Shown: positions 1 to 6,746 of the stretch, piece by piece
Position numbering within the stretch: the stretch's first letter is position 1
How the letters are laid out: each line of letters opens with the position of its first letter
IMG/VR virus record: IMGVR_UViG_3300033463_000051
Span: 1 to 64,000 of that record
Source of the DNA: a virus
Taxonomy: Duplodnaviria; Caudoviricetes
Length of the DNA stretch: 64,000 nt
Direction: 5' to 3' (one strand)
The notes under the pieces: model-generated
Database searches by the model: none
What the model was told of the DNA's origin: nothing
What the model saw: only the letters and a program-made list of their open reading frames with translations
Made by a program: the position numbers and the translations under genes

Positions 1-86
1 ATACGGATAAACCGCAATCATCAGAACAAACCTCTAACCTACCAACAAATGCAAAAAACTGCATAATTGACTCAAACCGCCCAGTC

Positions 87-122
87 TTCGGTTCACTAAC
101 CGAACCGAACCGAACCGAACCG
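87..122. repeat. (AACCG)x5 microsatellite overlapping a small TTCGGTT-cact-AACCGAA hairpin
   Basis: Five tandem AACCG units at 98-122; inverted arm at 87-93. Confidence 0.9.
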
Positions 123-164
123 CTCGAACCGCCTATAATCGCAAAGGGGCAACTAACGCAAAAA

Positions 165-398
165 AAAGTCCCCCCTAAAGGGGGGACTTTGTAGTCCAAA
201 AACTGCGTCTGCGACAAGGCGATTTTCCAATTTTTGCCAGCCGAATTCTTTTTTCTAATGTATATTGATTTTCCACTTTTTGCCAAAAACCTCGCCGTTA
301 AGAGTATCCCCTTTAGGGGATACTCTTAAACAGGAAAACCTTGCCATTTTTTACCAAAAACCTCACCCGAAAGGATACTCACTTAGTGAGTATCCTTT
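165..398. repeat. Three perfect hairpins (165-190, 298-329, 370-398) downstream of the HTH gene; terminator/operator candidates
   Basis: AAAGTCCCCCC-TAAA-GGGGGGACTTT; TTAAGAGTATCCCC-TTTA-GGGGATACTCTTAA; AAAGGATACTCAC-TTA-GTGAGTATCCTTT (its loop is the ORF stop codon on the - strand). Confidence 0.8.
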
Positions 399-1699
399 TT
401 TGCGACGGCTTCCAGTTTTTTCCATCCATCCGTGAACGTTCTAGGTTTATACTCAGACTTACGGACACTAGAGAATTCTTTCGGTACGTTTACAGTAACT
501 TCTGGAAGATAGCCGTTATGTTTTGTATATATTCCAGACTTGTATATAGGCTCGTAGTGTTTTATATCCTGCTGAACATACGGAGCGGGCTTTTCGTATC
601 CTGCTTTTATTGCTTTATCCTGCATAGCTTTTACGGCGTTCTGTATTGCTTGCTTTGATACACCTAGATACGTTCCTATTGCTTTGTATCCTCTACCAGT
701 TAAGACTAACTCCAGTATCTCTACTTGTCTCTTAGTAAGATTAAGTTTGTTAAGCATACTAGACTCTACTTCGAAGTAACATCTATCTGCTGAGTATGTT
801 TCAAGAGAAGTATTAGCATATCCTCCAATATCTGCATATCTTCTTGATCTGTAGTATATGTCTATCTCTTCTCCTGTATCTGGATTAGTTGCTATATCCT
901 GTATGTAACTATATCCGTTCTTAGGGTCTGTACTTAAAGCACTAGTTTTCTTTACGTACTCTCTAAGTTCTCCGTATACTTCTCTGAGAGGATATGTCAT
1001 AACTGTTTCCCATGCCTTAGAGTCTTTGTCCTTGATGTATACTTTACGCTTAATCCTAGTGATTTTATACTCTCTCAGTAAATCTACAGGCTTATTGGGT
1101 TCTCTGTTCTTCTGTAAGTCTACTTGTACCAGTAGAGCGATAATGGCTGTATGCAATAAATCTATGCCGTCAGAGTATGTTTTTTCTTCCAGAATTTTCA
1201 AGTTTTCATCGGCTACTTTGTCAACGATTTTTGTCTTGACATTTCCTGCGTCATCGTAGACTAACTCGCTAACAAGTTCGGACAAATTGCACAAACGCTT
1301 AAACAAGTTTTTGTCTATTTCAACGCCACGCTTTAACTCGCTAAACAGCGGATTCATCGCCGAGCCGACTTTCTGGGAATTTTTGCCAATTTTGCCAGTT
1401 TTTGCCTGCGGGTCATACATCTTATTGCAAAAACTATGTACCCAAGGTGATACTACATCATAGAGTACTTCTCCTGTCTCTCTACTACGTATCTTGTCTA
1501 GGATTATTTCTTTGCCTATGTAGCATTCTGAGAGATACTTGTTTGCTCTTTCTAGTGCTTCTGTAAATGATTTAGTGCTTTCCATTTCTTTCCATTCCTT
1601 TCCAGTTTTTACCATTGTCTTTTCTCCTTTCCAGTTTTTGCCATTTTTGCCTGTTTTTGCCCGTGTGTTGTCAATTTTCTTCTTTCCAGTTTTTGCCAT
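383..1699 (-). CDS. Large phage protein with C-terminal sigma70-region-4/LuxR-type helix-turn-helix
   Basis: LTKRQVEILELVLTGRGYKAIGTYLGVSKQAIQNAVKAM motif; start moved to ATG 1699 behind GAAAGGAG; alternative start at 1615. Confidence 0.7.
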   Translation of the reverse strand: MAKTGKKKIDNTRAKTGKNGKNWKGEKTMVKTGKEWKEMESTKSFTEALERANKYLSECYIGKEIILDKIRSRETGEVLYDVVSPWVHSFCNKMYDPQAKTGKIGKNSQKVGSAMNPLFSELKRGVEIDKNLFKRLCNLSELVSELVYDDAGNVKTKIVDKVADENLKILEEKTYSDGIDLLHTAIIALLVQVDLQKNREPNKPVDLLREYKITRIKRKVYIKDKDSKAWETVMTYPLREVYGELREYVKKTSALSTDPKNGYSYIQDIATNPDTGEEIDIYYRSRRYADIGGYANTSLETYSADRCYFEVESSMLNKLNLTKRQVEILELVLTGRGYKAIGTYLGVSKQAIQNAVKAMQDKAIKAGYEKPAPYVQQDIKHYEPIYKSGIYTKHNGYLPEVTVNVPKEFSSVRKSEYKPRTFTDGWKKLEAVAKKDTH

Positions 1700-1760
1700 T
1701 TCAATTTCTCCTTTCGGCACAATAGAAAATATTTGTGTTAGAATTAATCTAACTAAAGTC

Positions 1761-1789
1761 AATATAAGTTTTTTTAATTGTATTGTCAA
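1761..1789 (-). promoter_or_regulatory. Sigma-A-type promoter for the HTH gene
   Basis: TTGACA-17 bp-TATATT on the - strand. Confidence 0.65.
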
Positions 1790-2187
1790 GTTGACAAATT
1801 TTTTGTCAATCGTTTTTCGCTTGTCAATTTTATGGTATTGTCAATTTTTTCCAATAGGTTTATACAATATAATGTTCAAAGTGCTTTTTTCACACTATAC
1901 CACATAGGGGCTTATTTTTGGTATTTTTTGGCAGAAATTGACGACGTTTTCCGGAGTTGCTCCATCTCCCACCTTCAACTCCCAAAAATCTCGCCATCCC
2001 CCAAAGTGTCAATTCTACCAATGGTTTTCGCCACGGCATCCTCCATAATTATCATTAAAATATTTTAATTATGATCGGGCTGCAGCTACAGAACGATCCG
2101 AAATGTCCAGAAAACAGCACTTTAACCCAGGCCTCCATTTTGGTTGAATTTTGCCGAATATTTTTATTAATTATCTGGATAATAATA

Positions 2188-2216
2188 TTGACAATATATA
2201 GCGGGTGTGCTACAAT
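2188..2216 (+). promoter_or_regulatory. Strong sigma-A promoter with extended -10 for the rightward early operon
   Basis: TTGACA-17 bp-(TG-c)TACAAT with AT-rich upstream element. Confidence 0.8.
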
Positions 2217-2453
2217 AAAATCAGATTAAAAGTATTGATTTTTTGGTTCTAAATTTCGTCCCACCTACCGTCGTATCCGACCCAACTCCAGGTTTAGCTC
2301 TAGAGATGTTCCGTCTTTAAAGGACGTGTCCCAAACCCCTTGATATACTTACGTCTTTTCTCAACTTTACAACCCTAAACGTTGTAAAACGTCGTAAAAC
2401 CCATTTTTCACCCTTGTTTTTGCTCCGAATTTCACATACAGAAAGGAACAGTC

Positions 2454-3287
2454 ATGAATACAGTTTTGAGATCAAATATCATCACCATGGACACCTACCT
2501 CCCGCGTGAGGACACCATAGACATAGCCTCTGTGAGAAGAGACGCCGGGAGGAAGCTGGCTGCGGGTCTCATAGCCCCGGCTATAGAGGATACACGCTGC
2601 GAACTGGCACCGGAACACGCAGCCGAACCCATCAAGAGTTTGGATGATATAGAGCGCGTGTCCCGCTACCTTATAGATAACGGACGGTACAGGGATAATA
2701 TGCTCTTTATAGTCGGTATCAACTTTGGACTTCGGGCCAGCGACCTCCGGATGCTCCGGTTTTCTAACCTTATAAATGAGAACTGTACGTTTAAAGACAC
2801 GTTTCCCATATTTGAGAAGAAGACGCGCAATACCCGCAAGAAAAAAAAGAACCGCTATATCACGATCAATACAGCGGTAGTCGAGGCGGTGACCCTCTAT
2901 CTTGAAAATACTCCGGGGGTCAGCCTGAGCGATTATATGTTCCGGTCTTTATCCAACCATGGCGGCAATGTCAACCAGCCTATTGCCGTATGGTCTATAG
3001 ACAGGATATTAAAAGGTGTGGCCAGGGATCTGGATCTTAACGTGAAGATGTCCACGCACACGCTGCGCAAGACCTTCTGCTATCACCAGATGCTCATGAG
3101 CCATAACGACAGTCGGAAGCTCCTGTTGCTCCAGAAGATGCTCAACCACTCCTCCCCCGCCCAGACCCTGGACTATATAGGTATCACATGCGAGGAGATA
3201 GAGGAGGCGTACCGTAAACTGAATCTCGGCAGCGCGAGCCACAACTATCTCGTAGACAGTTCTATACAGGAGAGTGAAGCGGTATGA
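2454..3287 (+). CDS. Small tyrosine recombinase (catalytic domain, Xer/resolvase-like)
   Basis: GLRASDL, HTLRKTF, LNHSSPAQTLDYIG (R-H-R-H-Y catalytic residues); RBS GAAAGGA. Confidence 0.9.
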   Translation: MNTVLRSNIITMDTYLPREDTIDIASVRRDAGRKLAAGLIAPAIEDTRCELAPEHAAEPIKSLDDIERVSRYLIDNGRYRDNMLFIVGINFGLRASDLRMLRFSNLINENCTFKDTFPIFEKKTRNTRKKKKNRYITINTAVVEAVTLYLENTPGVSLSDYMFRSLSNHGGNVNQPIAVWSIDRILKGVARDLDLNVKMSTHTLRKTFCYHQMLMSHNDSRKLLLLQKMLNHSSPAQTLDYIGITCEEIEEAYRKLNLGSASHNYLVDSSIQESEAV

Positions 3288-3472
3288 CGGCCATGGACTG
3301 GAAGACGCGTATGAATTTTGAGATATACGTCCAGGAGCTCGCTGAGTCTCTGGAGATACATGACGCCGATGATCTTGAATGGCTGTCGAACGTCCTGCAC
3401 CAACATCTGGAGATAGGGCTTTCGGACTACGCCATGGATGAGGATATCAGCGACTACGAGCCGCAGTATTAA
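3284..3472 (+). CDS. Small acidic hypothetical protein
   Basis: ATGA overlap with the recombinase stop. Confidence 0.6.
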   Translation: MTAMDWKTRMNFEIYVQELAESLEIHDADDLEWLSNVLHQHLEIGLSDYAMDEDISDYEPQY

Positions 3473-3484
3473 AGGAGGAATGCG

Positions 3485-3718
3485 ATGAGACTGATTGATG
3501 CGGATGCACTTAAACCAACTGATTTTGAAATAGTAATGTGCGATAACTACAAAGACTTGGCAAAAACACTAATAGATAAAATTGAGAACGCTCCGACCAT
3601 AGACGCCGTGCCTGTGGTTCGGTGCAGAGAATGCCAATGGCGTGATAATACTTACTGGTGTGCAAAGGCGGCAGGATATGTTGGTAGCGACTGTTTTTGT
3701 TCATGGGGGAAGAAATAA
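3485..3718 (+). CDS. Small Cys-rich phage protein (MRLIDAD..APT..VRCxxC family)
   Basis: RBS AAAGGAGG; modules shared with neighbours. Confidence 0.75.
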   Translation: MRLIDADALKPTDFEIVMCDNYKDLAKTLIDKIENAPTIDAVPVVRCRECQWRDNTYWCAKAAGYVGSDCFCSWGKK

Positions 3719-3722
3719 AACT

Positions 3723-4016
3723 ATGAGACTAATTGATGCGGATACGCTGCCAAAGTATACAGGATATGCGTTAAGTGCGGATGCGGTGGCAAAAGCGGTT
3801 GACAACGCTCCGACCATAGATGTTGTACCTATTGTGCGGTGTAAGGATTGCAACTTCTATCGTCCCGTTACCAACGCCGACCGCTTGCGCACGATGACGG
3901 ACGAGGAATTGGCAGAGTGGATTAACAAACACGATTGTCATACAAACCTTTACGGATATGACCCCAAAGAAGCTGTGCTTGACTGGCTAAAACAGGAGGA
4001 AAGACGATGGCACTAA
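3723..4016 (+). CDS. Small phage protein; MRLIDAD..APT..VRCKDC fused to a TNADR..MTDEELAEW module
   Basis: Start at MRLIDAD by paralogy with 3485. Confidence 0.7.
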   Translation: MRLIDADTLPKYTGYALSADAVAKAVDNAPTIDVVPIVRCKDCNFYRPVTNADRLRTMTDEELAEWINKHDCHTNLYGYDPKEAVLDWLKQEERRWH

Positions 4017-4276
4017 TGACTAATGCTGAAGCGTTCCGTTATGACTTTGGATTTTCAGCAATTGACCTTTGGCAGATGAAACATGAGCAGTTCCTCAAAT
4101 GGTTGAACGCAAAGTGTGACCGAGAAAGACCTACGGATATGATAGTGCGGTGCAAGGACTGCAAATGGCATGAAGACGAGCAACCGGGTATGGTTTACTG
4201 TCCGGCAACAGTCGGGGGCTGGGTGGAAGAGGACTGGTATTGTAAAGGCGGAGAAAGGAAAGACGATGCTGTGTAA
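4007..4276 (+). CDS. Small Zn-finger-like protein (VRCKDC..C..C..GER)
   Basis: RBS AGGAGG; four-Cys C-terminal module. Confidence 0.75.
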   Translation: MALMTNAEAFRYDFGFSAIDLWQMKHEQFLKWLNAKCDRERPTDMIVRCKDCKWHEDEQPGMVYCPATVGGWVEEDWYCKGGERKDDAV

Positions 4277-4532
4277 CTGTATTATGGCAGGAACATCTGC
4301 TTGTCAAAACTGTCCGACAAAACAGTGGGCCGATGAGGGAAGATTCCCGAGCCGAGTGTTCTTTGCATACGGCGTAGACGCTGTCGAGGTCGTGCGGTGC
4401 GTTGACTGTAAATACGCCTCGTTTGACAGGTACGTGGACGGGAACGTTCCGGTCTGGGATTGCACATATTGGGATAGCCAGACTGAGTCCAATGCATACT
4501 GTTCATACGGAGAAAGGATAACCGATGCCTGA
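4266..4532 (+). CDS. Small Zn-finger-like protein (VRCVDC..GER)
   Basis: ATG after GGAGAAAGGA; C-terminal module nearly identical to that of 5781..6050. Confidence 0.75.
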   Translation: MLCNCIMAGTSACQNCPTKQWADEGRFPSRVFFAYGVDAVEVVRCVDCKYASFDRYVDGNVPVWDCTYWDSQTESNAYCSYGERITDA

Positions 4533-4734
4533 ATATTCGTTTTTTAAGAAAAAGACAGAGGTTGTATTTAATGAACCATATGTCGATGATGTTGGCATTT
4601 ATGCTCCTGTGAACGAGTATACAATAAAAGGTTACCCGGCAACCTACAAACTAGTAATGACGAAAGATATGTTTGTAGAAGCATATGACAAATACATTGC
4701 ACACAGAGAAAGGAGAAGCGGTGCTGAAGACTGA
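4525..4734 (+). CDS. Small hypothetical protein
   Basis: Coupled to upstream ORF via GAAAGGA RBS. Confidence 0.65.
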   Translation: MPEYSFFKKKTEVVFNEPYVDDVGIYAPVNEYTIKGYPATYKLVMTKDMFVEAYDKYIAHRERRSGAED

Positions 4735-4927
4735 AGACGGCTATACGCTGGAATATTACAGAAACAGGAACCAAATCGTCATTGGTCTGCCACAGACAGA
4801 CGCAACGCCGACCAACACGCTTGAGATGCCATCAAAGCGCAGGGTTGATGTGTACAAATCAGAACTGCTGCTTCTACTTTTGCTGGCGAAGGATATATTT
4901 AAGGAGGAAGACGATGCGGCTGATTGA
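4721..4927 (+). CDS. Small hypothetical protein (GTG start)
   Basis: GTG after GAAAGGAG; fills the gap in the coupled array. Confidence 0.55.
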   Translation: MLKTEDGYTLEYYRNRNQIVIGLPQTDATPTNTLEMPSKRRVDVYKSELLLLLLLAKDIFKEEDDAAD

Positions 4928-5261
4928 TGCAGATGCGCTGAAACTGACCTTCTGCAAAGAATGCACATTATACCCGGATAACTGTTTGGAGAGGTTTGGT
5001 AAGGATTGCGATTGGCACTCAATACGACACATTGAAGACCTAGCGCCGACCGTGGATGCAGTACCGAAAGACGAGTACAGGAAGTTGCTCAAGGCGGCGA
5101 GGAAAATGCATCTGTGGATATTCCTCAACACGGCAGACGAAGAAAAGGCTTATGAAGAGTGCGAACTCACGGATGAGATGAATGCGCTCTTGGGATACAG
5201 CGGAAAATTCGTTATAGAAGAAGATTATTACCCAAATGGAGAAAGGAAAAACAATGACTGA
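4914..5261 (+). CDS. Small phage protein (MRLIDAD..APT..GER)
   Basis: RBS AAGGAGG; paralogous N-terminus. Confidence 0.75.
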   Translation: MRLIDADALKLTFCKECTLYPDNCLERFGKDCDWHSIRHIEDLAPTVDAVPKDEYRKLLKAARKMHLWIFLNTADEEKAYEECELTDEMNALLGYSGKFVIEEDYYPNGERKNND

Positions 5262-5529
5262 ATACATCATCAGAGAAACAGCTTTCTTGGCGGCCTTGTT
5301 CATGTTTGCCTCGGCCTCTTTCGTGAAATCCCTCACGGCCTACCCCGGAGCGGTGAAGCAGGAAATCGTGCAAGAACTGGTGCGGTGCAAGGACTGTAAA
5401 TGGTGGAAAGAACTGGAAGATGTGGAAGGAATGAAATTTTGTACATATGTCCTTGGTGGAAGTGTTGTGCGAAACAGTTTTGACTACTGTTCAAGGGGAG
5501 AAAGGAGAGACAATGAGGACTTGCGGTAA
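5254..5529 (+). CDS. Small Zn-finger-like protein with hydrophobic N-terminus (VRCKDC..GER)
   Basis: ATG after GGAGAAAGGA. Confidence 0.7.
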   Translation: MTEYIIRETAFLAALFMFASASFVKSLTAYPGAVKQEIVQELVRCKDCKWWKELEDVEGMKFCTYVLGGSVVRNSFDYCSRGERRDNEDLR

Positions 5530-5794
5530 CTGTGAGTTCAATGACGGAATTGTTTATACATCATGTCCGGTACAGTACAAATGTACCATTACTAATGAGT
5601 ATCACTGGGCAAGAGATATTTGTCGTATTGACTTTGCCCCTATCGTGAGGTGCAAAGACTGTATAAATTGGGTAGCCGATGAGGTCAGCGAGAAACTAAA
5701 AGACGACGTTCGCTATTGTGTGATCCTTGACACATACCCAGACCCCGGTTGGTTTTGTGCTGAGGGTGAAAGGAGAAGGAATGCTGATAACTAA
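5513..5794 (+). CDS. Small double Cys-cluster protein (CxxC..VRCKDC..GER)
   Basis: ATG after GAAAGGAG. Confidence 0.75.
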   Translation: MRTCGNCEFNDGIVYTSCPVQYKCTITNEYHWARDICRIDFAPIVRCKDCINWVADEVSEKLKDDVRYCVILDTYPDPGWFCAEGERRRNADN

Positions 5795-6050
5795 AAACGG
5801 AGCGGACGCTTCCGCTGCTGTTGAATGGCTTAGGAATACTGATTATCCCGTTCCGCCGGTAGTATGGGAGTGCGTGCTATACGCGGCCGATACTGTGAGA
5901 GTAGTGCGATGCATTGACTGTAAATATGCCTCATTTGATAGGTATGTGGACGGAAACGTCCCTGTATGGGATTGCACATATTGGGACAGCCAGACTGAGT
6001 CCGACGCGTACTGTTCATATGGAGAAAGGATAGACGATGGAAATAATTGA
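5781..6050 (+). CDS. Small Zn-finger-like protein (VRCIDC..GER)
   Basis: ATG after GAAAGGAGAAGGA; duplicate C-terminal module of 4266..4532. Confidence 0.75.
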   Translation: MLITKNGADASAAVEWLRNTDYPVPPVVWECVLYAADTVRVVRCIDCKYASFDRYVDGNVPVWDCTYWDSQTESDAYCSYGERIDDGNN

Positions 6051-6225
6051 AAAACGGCCTGTCCCTATCTACGAAACGATCTGTCACGAATGCAAGAGCC
6101 GTTATCGTTATAAGGCAGTAGAGGTAGCGTGGATGCATATAAACTGTCCTGTTTGTGGGAGTAGTAATTGGGCATCACTGAATCCAGTGGCTTATGAGGT
6201 AGACGGAGAAAGGAAGGATATATAG
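6037..6225 (+). CDS. Zinc-ribbon protein (CHEC..CPVC)
   Basis: Two CxxC motifs; coupled start. Confidence 0.7.
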   Translation: MEIIEKRPVPIYETICHECKSRYRYKAVEVAWMHINCPVCGSSNWASLNPVAYEVDGERKDI

Positions 6226-6395
6226 TGTATGAGTGTTTTCACTGCGGCGAACGTGCCGTGATCTGGGACAACGACTTTACATATGAAGACTATTGTCTGG
6301 AGGGCGACGGGATCGTCCATGCGTGCCACTGCGCAAGTTGCGGTGCCGATATTACATATTATGTTCCGATAGAGATGCCTGAGGATATGGGGTGA
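6225..6395 (+). CDS. 56-aa zinc-ribbon protein missed by the ORF track (MYECFHCGERAVIWDNDF..CASC..)
   Basis: Translated by hand: GTG 6225 after GAAAGGAAGGA, TGA 6393-6395; two CxxC motifs. Confidence 0.7.
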   Translation: MYECFHCGERAVIWDNDFTYEDYCLEGDGIVHACHCASCGADITYYVPIEMPEDMG

Positions 6396-6399
6396 TGAT

Positions 6400-6690
6400 A
6401 TGGCTGCTGTAGTAGAAGGATATTACGCAACAGAATTCGACCATTTAGCCGGAGATGAACAGGCTGCGATCAGTACCGGAGAACGTAAGATCAAGACGAT
6501 ACTGTCCCGGCTGGCAAAGAAGCATCCGGAGGAATGTGTGTTGATAGCCGAGAATGAAGACGGGAGCGTTTATTACCACGTACCGTGGAGCTGGCTTTCG
6601 ATCCGTCCTCCAAAAAAGATGAATCTTACAGACGAGCAAAGACAAGCCTTGCGCGATCGGCTTGAAGAAGCAAAGAGGAACAGGAAGTGA
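6400..6690 (+). CDS. Hypothetical phage protein
   Basis: RBS GGGGTGA; 96-aa ORF with basic tail. Confidence 0.7.
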   Translation: MAAVVEGYYATEFDHLAGDEQAAISTGERKIKTILSRLAKKHPEECVLIAENEDGSVYYHVPWSWLSIRPPKKMNLTDEQRQALRDRLEEAKRNRK

Positions 6691-6746
6691 TGTTTATTGA
6701 ATATGTATAAGCGACAACACCCCCCCGCTCTGCGAGGCGGTGTGTT

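Noticed and set aside
4389-6039. Near-duplicate segment as a DGR template/variable repeat pair
   Set aside because: Differences are mainly synonymous and not adenine-specific, both copies are coding, and no reverse transcriptase is in the window.
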